A stretch of DNA of 64,000 bases from Octopus vulgaris (taxonomy: Eukaryota). The translations under genes were made by a program, and so were the position numbers. Where the stretch lies: positions 48,360,001 to 48,424,000 of the forward strand of contig OX597814.1 of NCBI GenBank assembly GCA_951406725.2, in the 5' to 3' direction. Shown here one piece after another: positions 49,595 to 62,559 of the stretch. The notes under the pieces were generated by a model. The model made no database searches. It saw nothing but the letters and a program-made list of their open reading frames with translations, and was not told the DNA's origin. Position 1 is the first letter of the stretch; each line of letters begins with the position of its first letter.

Positions 49595-49904
49595 AATTTT
49601 AATACAAGATGGAATGAACAGGCTTTAATTCAAATCACTACATTTGTTTCTGTGCATTAGTATCAGCTGGAAATTGCCAAGTGTTTCACATATTATACAC
49701 ATCCTTGCATAAATATGATCCAACAATAATTGTGTACCTGCATGTCTTCAGGTGAATTGGTTTGATAGCACTGCAGTGGATCATATTAAGGCAATGATGT
49801 GTATAATATGTGAAGCACTGAGCAATTACCAACTGATACTAATACACAGAACCAATTGTAGCGGTTTGGATTAAAGCCTGTTCATTCCATCTTGTATTAT
49901 AATT
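49595..49904. mobile_element. Penelope-type inverted-repeat element (arms 49595-49722 / 49777-49904)
   Basis: About 128-bp diverged reverse-complement arms; hammerhead spans the loop and the left arm. Confidence 0.7.
49631..49759 (-). ncRNA. Type-I hammerhead ribozyme with long stem II insert, partly decayed
   Basis: Minus strand caattcac CTGAAGA catgca...tgcaca GAAAC aaat GTA gtgatttg. Stem I pairs 7 of 8; both stem II mismatches are CpG-type (cgtgca/tgcacg); the other arm suggests an ACAATTGT palindrome. Confidence 0.65.
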
Positions 49905-50039
49905 TTATTCATATAAATTCTATGGATAAAACAAATTTCCACATGTATATCCAGTAAGAGGATAATTCTTGCTGTATGATAACATAGGGAAACTGATACC
50001 TATAGAGGAACTTATGAATGTGTGTATGTGTATTTATAT

Positions 50040-50325
50040 CTTCTTTGGCTGTCTGTTGTAGGTTGGCGTTGAATGTTCTTGTTCAGTAATCATCTCTGGC
50101 AGGCTCGCATGTGGGCTACAAGGTTTGCTCTTGATCTGTAGCAGTGATGGCATCTGCTGCAGGTGTAGCTACTCGATGCAATGGAGAAGTGATGACTCTC
50201 ATGTTCTCTTTCACAGTCTTGGAATTATGAGCTTCAGTGACTGGTGGAATTCATTGTGCCACAGGGCCTTCTCTTCTCGGGTGTCTAGGGAGATGCCAGA
50301 GTTCTTCATATGTCTCTTCAGCACG
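50040..50325 (-). mobile_element. RTE LINE C-terminal fragment
   Basis: YRGVLKRHMKNSGISLDTREEKA followed by a decayed Cys/His finger. Confidence 0.6.
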
Positions 50326-50339
50326 CCCCTGTATGTGTG

Positions 50340-50372
<33 letters not shown>

Positions 50373-51117
50373 ATCATTTGTAGAAAACATAAATCCGGAG
50401 AAGAAGCACTCTCTAAGATATAGAGCAGTGTACATTTTAATGGGGGAGGCTGAGCATTTTGGAATCTGCAAGATGGCAGCACTGCTAGAAACATTTCCAA
50501 AGTCAAATCGTTCCATGTTTATTAGAAACATGTGGTTTCTGTAAAATGTGTAGAAGCACGGCACTGGTTAGCTATTTAACAGAAACCACGGGGTCTCTGT
50601 GAAAAACTCTGGCTAGGGATTGCAAAGTTTCTGGCTGTGCCACCATTATACGAATTCCCAAATGCTTGGCCTCTCCCATTAACACACACACACACATATA
50701 TATATATATATGTATATATATATTTATTGCATTATATTAAAGGTTACATGTGAACTTGAGATAGTTGAAATATTTTTTCCCCAGTAACATCTCCCCACCC
50801 CTCTTAGCTATTATATATGAAATCCTTTTTTTCATTATGTGATTGGAATGTGGAAAGTTGGGTATAATTAGAATTAGATATGACTATTCAAATAAAATTT
50901 TCAATATTATAAAAGCAATTTCAATTAATTTTTTTCTATAGACTTATAATCATATACGCATTGATTTTGATAAAATATTGAATGAAACATTTTTAGATTG
51001 TAGAATACATAGGAATAATATACTCAATTTAAAGTTGTAGAAGTTACAGAATTGACAAAAAATTCACAGGTTATTCTACAAATTTATGCAATCTAAAGAA
51101 AACCTGGAAACAAACTA

Positions 51118-52712
51118 CACTGGCGAAAATAAATTCAAGACCGATGATAAAAGTTTTATGTCTTACAAAATATTTTGTTACTAATACCATACAAATTATT
51201 TTTATCTTTTACACATTATGCAGTATTTATTTCTCTTTTGAATGATGCAGATAATAACTATTTTTATACAATTTGAAGAATTCTAATGCTAGATTAATAT
51301 AAACGTTTCAAATTTACTGGCAAAATTAGTTTAAGACCATGTAATATGTATGCAACTAGCCTAACTGTGGTAGCCTAACTGTATAATTTAACGTTATTAT
51401 ACAATTGATTAATAATGGGGAAACAACATAGCCTCAGTCCAGTCATGAGAGCAAAAATCGTATTACTCCACCAGCAAAAAGTTTCCTTTTTGAACATCAA
51501 CAAACAACTAAAGTGCAGTAAAACGGCTTGTGTGTAAGCGTGGAAGTTATACTCAGAGACTGGTCAATATAAAGATTGGCAAAGGACTGGCGCCCCAAGA
51601 AAAACGACGGTGCACTTGGACTGTCGAATCCACAGACTTTCGGAAGGCAACCGAATGCTGACAGCCGTTGACATTTGTAAACAATTGTCCAACGAGAATG
51701 GTGTTATTTTTACACTACAAACTGTCCGCAACCGTTTGAGAGAATTTGGACTACATGGACGAATTGCTAGGAAAAAGCCAATAATATCTGAAAGAAATCG
51801 ACTCAAATGCCTTAATTTCACAAAAAGCCATGCTCAATGGACTGCCAAAGATTGGTGCAGGGTCCTTTGAAGTGACGAGTCACGCTTCTGTATATTTGGA
51901 TCAGATGGCAAAACACACGTCAGACGTTGCCCAACTGAGGAATTCCATCCAAACTGTGTGAAAAAGATGGTGCAAGCGGGGGGTGGGGGGGTGATGGTGT
52001 GGGCGTCATTTAGTAGCATTGGTGTTGGCCCTCTAGTTAAAGTTGATGGAAAGCTAAATAGTGTAGGTTATATGAATCTACTAAAGGATAATGTTGTGCC
52101 ATATTTGACTCACCAAATGCCTCTGGGGACTATTTATCAGCAGGACAATAGTCCTGTGCACAAAGCCAAAAAGGTTATGGAATTTTTTGATCCCCATAAT
52201 ATTGATGTAATCGAATGGCCTCCCCAGAGCCCGGACCCGAATCTGATCGAGAACTTGTGGGATTATGTTTCCAAAAAAGTCCATGATAAAAAAACCATCT
52301 AATCTAAAATAATTATTCGATTATATCAATGAAATATGGCAAAACATTCCCACAGAATTTTGTAATCACTTAGCGAATTCAATTCCGAGGCGTTGTCAGC
52401 CGTTATTAAGAATAAAGGCTACGGCACAAAGTACTAATATGTATTTCGTTCTTGTTGCTAATTTTTGCTTTAAATAAAATTATAATGATATGGTCTTAAA
52501 CTAATTCTGTCGGTAAATTTTAAATGTTTATATTAATTTAGCATTAGAATTCTTCAAGTTGTATAAGAATTGTTATTTTCTGCATCATTCGAAAGAGAAA
52601 TAAATTCTGCATAAGGTGTAAAAGATAAATATAATTTGTATGGTGTTAGTAACAAAATATTTTGTAAGAAATAGAACTTTTATCATCGGTCTTAAATTTA
52701 TTTTCGCTAGTG
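51118..52712 (+). mobile_element. Full-length Tc1 transposon, IR/DR type
   Basis: 223-bp TIRs (51118-51340 / 52490-52712), each with outer and inner direct repeats; TA TSDs at 51116-51117 and 52713-52714. Confidence 0.95.
51415..52437 (+). pseudogene. Tc1 DD34E transposase pseudogene
   Basis: MGKQ..., GAPRKT, ARKKP, SDESRF, VMVWASF, QQDNSPVHKA, WPPQSPDPNLIENLW (D-34-E), KGYGTKY*; two in-frame stops and 3' frameshifts. Confidence 0.95.
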
Positions 52713-53307
52713 TATGTAAAACTGTTGTTATTCAAATTCATTCGTTTCTATATTGGTTTTTGCTTTCAGTATCTTTTAATGATCCAACTTTGAAAGAATC
52801 TTAATATAATTAACTATACCAAAAAATTCTACCCCTAAATTGAAGCTTAAGTTCAAACCAATTTCTGGTCAATTACACTGGAATTTCTTAAGTTGTATAT
52901 AATGTTAAGAACAGCTGAAATAGTATTTCTAAAACCTTTACCATCTTATAATACTTAAACCCAATTCATTGCTAAAACATTTGGTTTGAGTCCAGAAAAT
53001 GATCTTGTTGCCTTATTTTAGTGTGTTGTCCATAGAGTTTATTTATTTTGTATTGTAATTGTTGAACAATACTTTTATTAGTTACAGATTTCGCTTTGCC
53101 AATTATGAGTACACTGCATTTTTTACAGTGAGAATGACAAGGGAGTGTCTTTAATTCTATGCAGAACAAATAGTTGAAGAGATAAATTTCATTTATAAAG
53201 TATTGGTTTCTTGGTTCTCTTGCTGATGTATATATCCTTCACTGATATATATATCTGTGAAAGATGACAGGCTGTTTCAGTTTCTCACAAATTCCACTCA
53301 CAAGATA

Positions 53308-53732
53308 TTCTTTTCTACCCTAGGCACAAGGCCTGAAATTTTTGGGGAGGGGACTAGTCGATTAGATTGACCCGATTGTGCAACTGGTATTTAATTTATT
53401 GACCCCGAAAGGATGAAAGACAAAGTTGACTTTGGCAGAATTTGAACTCAGAATGTAAAGACAGACAAAATACCACTAAGAATCTCACCTGGCATGCTAA
53501 TGTTTCTTATTTCTTTACTGCCCACAAGGGGCTACACACAGAGGGGACAAACAAGGACAGACAAACGGATTAAGTTGATTATATCGACCCCAGTGTGTAC
53601 TTATTTAATTGACCCCGAAAAGATGAAAGGCAAAGTCAACCTCGGCGGAATTTGAACTCAGAACATAGCGGCAGATGAAATACTGCTAAGCATTTCGCTC
53701 AGCATGCTAACATTTCTGCCAGCTTGCTGCCT
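53308..53732 (-). mobile_element. Internally duplicated tRNA-SINE (23386 family)
   Basis: Reverse complement of 23386-23783. Confidence 0.85.
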
Positions 53733-54057
53733 TTACACTCACAATATATTAGTCAGATTAAGGTTCTAGTAGAAGGCACTTGTCCAATATGCTATAACAG
53801 TGGGATTGAACCTACAACCTACAACTTTTAACATCTTGGCCATAAGCTTCTTATTGGTATTTATTTTAAGATTTAATTTTGTTATATTCTAATGATGTAA
53901 TGAGTTTTAATTATTGGTATCTTATATTCATTTGAAAAGTATGCTAAGGACCACATTGTAAAAATATTGCTACATACTAACAAAGTTATTTTATAACAAA
54001 ACAATGAAGACAAAGATGGTTTTCCTTTTATCCTTACTCCAAAATATTTTTGTTAGA

Positions 54058-54377
54058 ACGGCACATAAAAAGCACCATCCGAACGTGGCTGTTGCCAGCG
54101 CCGCCTTAGCTGGCTTCCGTGCCGGAGGCACGTTAAAAGCTCCAACCGATTGTGGCCGATGCCGGACCCCCCTGGCACCTGTGCAGGTGGCACGTAAAAA
54201 GCACCCACTACACTCGCGGAGTGGTTGGCGTTAGGAAGGGCATCCAGCTGTAGAAACTCTGCCAGATCAGACTGGAGCCTGGTGCAGCCCCTGGCTTCCC
54301 AGACCCCGGTCGAACCGTCCAACCTGTGCTAGCGCGGAAAACGGATGTTAAACGATGATGATGATGATGATGATGAT
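54058..54377 (+). mobile_element. RTE 3' end copy (family A)
   Basis: Ends gttaaac(GAT)n; CpGs largely retained. Confidence 0.85.
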
Positions 54378-55052
54378 AACCAAGAAAAACAAAAAGAGAG
54401 ATTTAAACAAGTAAAAGGAAAATTCTTTTATTTGGTTATTTCAAGTAATTATTTTCAATTATTGCTGATATTATGAACATCCATACTAATTTGAATTAAA
54501 TTATCAAAGCAACTGTGTAGAATTTTTTTCACAAATAAGTTTTGTTGAAAAAGTAGAAAAAAAAAACAAAACTAATTGGTATCACAGCTGTATGAAGAGC
54601 ATGCAATTTTTAAATGAATTTATTTGAGGATGTAATTAAACCTAGACATCACAAGACTTTCTCAATTTTGTTGATTACTGCTTTGATCCAAAGCTGCTTG
54701 AAAGCTTTGAATTTTCATTAGCATTTGTCAAATTGAAGTTAGCAATAGGAATCTTCTTTCCTAATACTGAAATAAAGTCTTTCTGGTTCAACTAGGCTAG
54801 TGACTAATTTATAACTCAAATAACTTTTATTTATTTTTTGAATAATAAATAGATAGAATTATAACTATAAGATACTTTTTGTGTTTCTAGAGAATTATTT
54901 AAACATGTGGAGTTAATTTGCTTAAAAAAATAACAAAAAGCTCAACTATAGAGAAGTACTGAAGTTGAATAAAAATGATAGGAAAATAAAATAATTTTTT
55001 AATTCCAGTGTTTTTTATCCTTATGATATCTGTTTGTTTTCATGTCTTGGAG

Positions 55053-55963
55053 CAGTATTTCTCAACCATTTTTTGCTTCTGGACCCTTTTGATTCCTATT
55101 TTCAATGTTAAAAAAAATCCTGTATATTTTTAATATTAAATGTTATTAGAAATTGTGAAGTATATTTGCCACTAAAGGCGGTGCTCCAGCATAGCCACAG
55201 TCAAATGACTGAAACAAGTAAAAGAGTATACAATTTCTAATAATAATAAATCTCTGAGTGTGGTATAAACAGTAGCTGCACGACATCATGAAATATATTT
55301 GCCACTTAAATGTGGCTAACCCCTAACGGTGGATGCTACTGTAGCTTGTAGCCTCCACTTAAATGTGGCTAACCCCTAAGGGTGAATGCTACTGTAGCTT
55401 GTAGCCCCAGAGGTGTCCTCTGGGGCTATAAGCTGGCAAATATATTTCATGATGTTGTGCAGCTACTGTTTATACCACACTCAGAGATTTATTATTATTA
55501 GAAATTGTATACTCTTTTACTTGTTTCAGTCATTTGACTGTGGCTATGCTGGAGCACTGCCTTTGGTTGAGCAAATCGATCCCAGGACTTATTCTTTGTA
55601 AGCCTAGTACTTATTCTATCAGTCTCTTTTACTGAACCGCTAAGTTACGGGGACGTAAACATACCAGCATCAGTTGTCAAGCGATGTTGGGGTGGAGGAC
55701 AAACACAGCCACACAAACATATGCACACACACATACATATATATACATATATACGATGGGCTTCTTTCAGTTTCCGTCTACCAAATCCACTCACAAGGAT
55801 TTGGTTGGCTCAAGGCCCAAGGTGCCACACAGTGGGACTGAACCCAGTTATTAAAATATTTTGGATATTATAGAAGTATAACCAATTAATTGCACCTAAT
55901 TTTTAATAACAGATTCTTACATGGATCCCCAAGGGTCATATGAACCCCAGTTGAAAGCCTCTG
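55053..55963. mobile_element. hAT/Charlie-like MITE with nested SINE and rearrangement
   Basis: Ends cagtatttctcaacc / gttgaaagcctctg; TSD only partly matching (tctt). Confidence 0.5.
55511..55847 (-). mobile_element. tRNA-derived SINE (family B), head-truncated
   Basis: Family B match; its tail is inverted-duplicated at 55172-55227. Confidence 0.85.
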
Positions 55964-56117
55964 TCTTTTCATATCTTAAAACTTTTTTTGTTTTTATCAA
56001 AGTAGGAAAGAGTGTTTTGACTACTATAATTATTGTGGAGTATCAACTTCAAGTTGTTACTATAGTCAATTAAGAATATGATCTATTAATATTTAGGATA
56101 GTTTTGCTTTACTTCTA

Positions 56118-56285
56118 CATCATCATCATCATCATCGTTTAACGTCCGTTCTCCATGCTAGCATGGGTTGGACGGTTCGACCGGGGATCTGGGAAGCCAG
56201 AAGGCTGCACCAGGCTCCAGTCTGATCTGGTAGTGTTTCTACAGCTGGATGCCCTTCCTAATGCCACCAGCCCTTCCTAACACCC
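56118..56285 (-). mobile_element. RTE 3' end copy (family A), short
   Basis: (CAT)n cgtttaacgtccgttctccatgctagc. Confidence 0.85.
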
Positions 56286-57472
56286 TCCAATAAATATTTA
56301 TTCAGTGTCTCGACCTTGTAAAACTCATTGGAGTCTGAACTTTTTCAGAACTGGCAAGAGAACTCTACTAGAAACCAGAATGTTATTTTGATTTTTTAAC
56401 GACAAACACTGAAGTTTTCTTTCTGTTTAGAATTGAAATTTTTCTAAGAGATACCTTATTTTTACCTGTTGATTCTATTTTGGTATTTTCTTGGTCTTGT
56501 TTTTCTTTGTTAGAGAGTTTGTTATCGCATGCTTTTGTTACATTTTCATCTTTTGCTTTTATTTCTGTGTTTGTTTGAGTGTAGACTTGTTCATATTGCA
56601 TGCATATATATTAGACCTTAGACAACGCTCCCCCCTCTCCTTTCTCCACCGACTTGATTGTTTGACCTCTATCATTGACCCATCCCCCAAGAAGGTTATT
56701 AGTTTTGTCACCAGAGGATAGCCATGGATACTGTAGCAGTAGCATCTGTAATGACAGCAGCAGTAGTGATAGGGGGGAACAGTCAGTATAGGTGACTGTA
56801 CTACTGCTTATTGTCACTATGGCTGCTACTGCCTTTGCTGCGCCCCCCCCCCCCGCCACCGTAGCTGCTGCTACCCTTGCTCTGAATGTTAAACCAACCA
56901 GCAATCTATGAGCTGCAAGCTATTGATTTAGCGTTTCACCTCTTGTACATATATAACTTCAGTCTTGCTCAGCGGTCATCTGGTTTAGTTGCAGTTGCTA
57001 TTGCTCAAAATCTATCGCCTGCAGCTTTAAAGCCTTATTTTTCAGCAGTCATCAACTGTTGATTTTTTTTCTCTCACTGCTCCTGCCCAACTTATTCATT
57101 GTATCTTACCACATTCATCTATATATTCTGTTGTCTTTATGTATATGATTTTAATATAATATACCCTTCGTGTTCCCTCTGTTTGTGTTGGGTTTCCCTT
57201 CATCTCTGCATATGAATTTTTTACGGGTTAATTGAATGTTGTATTGATCAGATGCATAAGCTCCTTTAAACTAGATGTAGTCCTTGCTAAGTACTAGTAA
57301 TAATTGAATCACATAGATTGCATTTTATTGGGTGTGCTTTTCCAATTTTAAAATAAGGATTTTATTGAATTAAATAATATAAGGCAATTTCATTTAATTC
57401 AATAAAATTAATAGCAATAAGGACTGGAGAAGGAGAGAAATCTTGTGTGTGCGTATCTGCATACATGCGTGC

Positions 57473-57514
<42 letters not shown>

Positions 57515-57944
57515 TTATATATATACATATACACACGTTTGTGTGTGTGGTGTGTAGTTAAGGAGTTTGCTTGGCAGCCATGGCAACCATGTGGCTTGGG
57601 GTTTGATCCCATTGCATAGCATCTTGGGCCAGTGCGTTCTGCTGCTATAGGTTTCGATTTACCGTTACTATGTCAGTGAAATTTAGTAGACAGAAGGTGT
57701 GCAGAAGCCTGTTGTCAAGTTTGCAGGTATATATATATATATAGGTATGGTGATGCAAACAGGAAAAATAGAAATCAAAATATGAGTATATGTATATTTT
57801 TATTAATATTTAGCAGAAGCAAAGGAGCAACAGAATGACTCAAGGGCTGAGAGTTTTGTGCCAATGCATGAAACTCCTGGCCCTTGAGTCTCTAGCTTTT
57901 ACTAAATCATCATCATCATCATCAAATATTAATATATATATATA

Positions 57945-58255
57945 TCATCATCATTTAACGTCTGCTTTCCATGCTGGCATGGGTTGGACGATTTCTGGCC
58001 CAGTGTCTACAGCTGGATGCCCATCCTAATGCCAACCACTCCGAAAGTGTAGAGGTGCTTTTATGTGCCACTAGCAGGAGGGCCAGTCAGGTGGTACAGG
58101 CAACGGCCATGCTCAATGGTGTTTTTTACGTACCACCTGTACAGGAGCCAGTCCAGCGGCACTGGCAACGACCTTGCTTGAATATTGTTTTTCCCGCGCC
58201 ACCAGCACAAGTGCCAGTAAGTCGACACTGGTAACAATCACGCTCGAATGGTGCA
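57945..58255 (-). mobile_element. RTE 3' end copy (family A)
   Basis: Tail plus tandem units. Confidence 0.8.
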
Positions 58256-58542
58256 TTGTGTTTTTTTGTGAATTTATATTTATGTTCTAAAAATAGGAGT
58301 AGTTGATGTCAGTGTCCCTTTATGTCCTATAACTTAACAATTTGATAAAAAGAAATTGATAAATAAGTATCTAAGTATCACAATGAAATAAATTCTAGGG
58401 TCAATATGATCGATAAGGCAATGTCCTGGCATGACCATTATTTAATGACTGACATTGATAGAAGAATTATAGAATAAAAAATATAACTCGCTCACATATG
58501 CACACACATATCTGTGTGTGTGTGTGTGTATATATATATCTG

Positions 58543-58584
<42 letters not shown>

Positions 58585-60684
58585 AAATAAGTCTTATTTA
58601 TTATACCCCACTTTATCCATTTCTCTCTCTCTCACATGTTTCTTGAAATTACTTTAATTCATCAGATTGGCCAACTGATATTTGTTTTTAACAATGCCCA
58701 TATTAAGTTGCATGTCTGGCTTTATGAAATGGGTTATGTATTGATTAGACTATTAGCTTAATCTTTCACATTTCTATCTACTTTCCAATCTGTATACTTC
58801 ACAAATGTCTTCATGTATTTTTTTTTCCCCCCCATATATTCACTCGCATTCCTAGTTTCTCTGTTGCCACTCGTTTCTACTCACCTTGTACCGTGAGTTG
58901 TCTCTAGCACACCTTGTCATCACTGTTTATCTTTTTTTGCGGCTACTTCTAATTCATTCTCTTTTCTAAATGTCTGAAGTCATGCAGCTTCTCTACAACA
59001 AGGATCTGCTCTGTCCCATTCTCTCATACTTTAACCCCTAATTTCCAAGCATAAAACTGTCCCCCCCCACTCCTCTGGGGTTGTTGTCACGCAAACTGCA
59101 AGGTCACTTTACTAGTGCCCTTGGCATTAGAAAAGTACCCAGTATACATTGTGAAGTGGTTGGCATTAGGAAAGGCATCTAACCATAGAAGCCATACCAA
59201 ACAGACACTGGAGCATGATGTTGTTCTTCAACTCAGTAGATCCTTTCAAACTATCGAACCCTTGCCTACATAAAATGTGGACAGGAATTGATAATGATGA
59301 TTCATATGACCCCAAAGATATATATCCCTCTTTGTTCCATTCAGTCTATCAGTTTCTTCTTGTCACTCCAAAATGTCTTATTCTCTTCCAGATTTGTGTT
59401 AACTACTTTACCCAATCATTCTTCTTCAGAATTGCTTCCTGTTGAAAGTCCCTTTCTGCTCATATTTTTTATCTATCCACTAAATGGTAACTATTCAGAT
59501 TGAACATTTAACTACAAACATTTTTTACCTCTTTCCTCTTGTATCTATTTTGGAAACTCTAAATTAGTAAATATAAATAACAGTTTTTATAGGTAACCGA
59601 GAGAGAGAGAGAGAGAGAGGAATCATTGTTATTCTTTAGTAGCAGGTCAGGTCAGTTCTGATCAAGCAGATTTATGATCAAAGGCTTCTAGCTATGGCCA
59701 TTCTGACTTCATGCAAATATAATATGCCCTCGGCAACATTATCCAACTGCAGCAAATTATCAGAATTGTTGACCACTGGACAAAATACTTGCGGCATATA
59801 GTTATAACATTTTATGTTTAAAACTTTCCAGGGTTTGCCTTTTATCTTTCTCTGGTCAAACATTGATTTAATATTCCTATAAAGCTTCCTTGATGTAAAT
59901 GGAGTTATATTAGATGAATGTGCCTTTTTTAAGACTCTAGGGTAAAAGCACAGTCAATCACAGGTTGATTAATTGCTTATTGCTTTCAGGTAGGTTCAAT
60001 ATGCAGCATCCTAACAAATTGTTGCATGTGATTAAACCATAAAAAAATACTGAACTATTGACAGGTAGTATCTTTAAGCTTTGTATGCTATAGTGAAAAT
60101 AACAACATAAAAAATGAGATAAAATTTGCTTGAGGAGTGTCATACCATGTCCCATAAAAAAATTCAGATGAGATTTGCGTTTTACCATCATCTCCAGCAC
60201 CAGCTTTTATTTATAAAGTCAGATTTGCTAGAGAACACTTTCATGATCTTTCTCCTTCCTTAGATTCACTTAAGAAGTTTAGAAAGAAAATCAAAGATAA
60301 TTTGGATGACTTCTCATATGAGTTTGAGAACTTGTGGACCTAAATTAATGGAAAAGGATCAAACTTTATGTAGATCTTCCTTCAGAGGACAGTTATTTCT
60401 TGAACGAATGGCAGCTTTGACATAGTGTTGTCTGTAGGAGTACTGGATAGATTGAAAGAACAAATAGTTCTAAGTTGGGCCTGCTGCAGAAAACACCAGC
60501 AGTAAAGGTTTTCCAAACTATTTGCTGTGTTTTTTTAAAAAAGAAGGTTGAACAATGAAAGAAATGAAAGAGCTTCAAGTCATTTCTATTATTCATTTGC
60601 AGACCACTTTCTAGTGTTTGCTAGTTTCACTTTCATATTATTCTGGTAACTCTCTGCCTCTCTTTTATTGTTATATTTCTAATA

Positions 60685-60888
60685 CAAGATGCTGAAAAGT
60701 TCCTGACTTTGGATAAAAGAAATTACAGGAGGATCAGTTCATTATGATTTTATTCAGCATATTCCCCTTTCAGATTCACACACTTATTGCAGCAGTTATT
60801 CAGTTTTTCTAAACCCTATAAAAGAAACTTGGAAGATTGGGCCCCCAATCAGTCCTTTTGTGATACCCTTAAAGTCAGGAACTTTTCA
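60685..60888. mobile_element. mariner-type MITE (11630 family)
   Basis: gctgaaaagttcctgacttt / aaagtcaggaacttttca. Confidence 0.7.
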
Positions 60889-61704
60889 TTTATATTTATT
60901 ATTTTTATCTTATGGAATATACGATTAGCATAAAAATTATAATCTTGGTGGCTTAGTATTCTGGTCATTAACATATCATGGAGTCATGTTCTGAAGAAAG
61001 CATACAGGATAAATAGTCAAGGATTAAGATATTCTGTACTGATCTTCAGCATGGTTCTGATGTTGCATTGAACATATGTTGTATTTTCTTAGTCAAACCC
61101 CTTCAATAAAAACAAAAGAAATATTGTTAATTATCCGAACATTATTTACATCATTACTAGTGTCTGTCTTATCTTAAAAATTTATGCAACATGAATATAT
61201 TTAAAGATATGAATAATTTATGTAGTAACATGAATTAGTAATTATACTTACAGTTATTGTCTGTGTGTGACACTTTTGTCACAGAAAGTGCCTGGGAAGA
61301 AATGGGGGAGAGAGAGAGAGAGAGTGCTCATATATGCATAGAAAAGTAATAGAGAAATAAGAATAAATGAGGAAGAAGAGCAACAAAAATTATTGCCACA
61401 AGTAGTGGACTTGAAAGATATTGTATATTGGATATTAGGAAGGACAGCTTATTTCTAATATAAATACTAGATAAAGTGGAAAAAATTTAACAAATATAAA
61501 TTATAGTGTCTAGCAAATTCAGCAAATATCAGTAGGGTAGATACATACGTGGTATCATTATTGCATATCAAAATAAAGTTGAATATTTGTAAAACAAATA
61601 TTCATGAGATACTTATATTCAATATCAGGGTTGTGACCATAGTTTTTTTATTAAGTGATTATATAATATAAATATATATATTTGTGTGTGTGTGTGTGTA
61701 TATC

Positions 61705-61965
61705 ACCATGACCGACCAGGCTATCAGATATTGCGTTCGCATTGTTTTAGCCTTCGAATGACGCCACCCCGCTGGCTAAGCGAGCAGGCCAACAGAAGAA
61801 AGAGTGGTGAAAGAGTACAGCTGGGATCACCACCCCCTGCCGGAGCCTCGTGGAGCTTTTAGGTGTTTTCGCTCAATAAACACTCACAACTCCCGGTCTG
61901 GGAATCGAAACCGCGATCCTACGACCGCGAGTCCGCTGCCCTAACCACTGGGTCATTGCACCTCC

Positions 61966-61966
<1 letters not shown>
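61705..61966 (-). mobile_element. tRNA-derived SINE (family C head, different tail)
   Basis: Head matches 27720-27882; 3' part differs. Confidence 0.8.
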
Positions 61967-62009
<43 letters not shown>

Positions 62010-62559
62010 ACACCCACTTCAATGATTGTCTGCTTTTCTATCCCAACACATAGGAAATATTTGGTTAATTTTTGCATGCACTACAAAAATATTACATTTG
62101 AAGATGAAGAAGTCAGTATTGTAATAACTAATTTATTTATGCATTTTTATTTAACTGAACCACAATCGCTACAAAGGAACAATAAAGTTCTTGGTGTGCT
62201 TAATAGAAGAAAAATGAAGTCAGTAATTTTATTTTGAAAAGCAGTTTAATAAAGTATATTCCTAACTCCTTTGTTTCACCTTTTGAAATGCTCTCTCACT
62301 CCTCAAGTTGAGATCCCTTGATATACATCTATATTTGTTTTGGTTTGTTGAAGCATTAACAAATTTGGGAATTGGCCATTTAAATAAGCTTGAATGCAAA
62401 TCAAAGACTATATAATAGATTATAATTCATCAGGTAAAATAAAACTTAGAGGAGGGCAAAAAAAGACAATTATTTTCTGCTGGTAGTGAAAAGGGTAAAA
62501 AGAAACAAAGTATATTGATTATAAAACAAAATATTTCAACTTATAGAAAGAAAATCCAT

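Noticed and set aside
59900-60600. Coding-like purine-rich stretch (DSLKKFRKKIKDNLDDFSYEFENLWT*)
   Set aside because: Stops in all frames and no recognisable family; possibly an old transposon fossil
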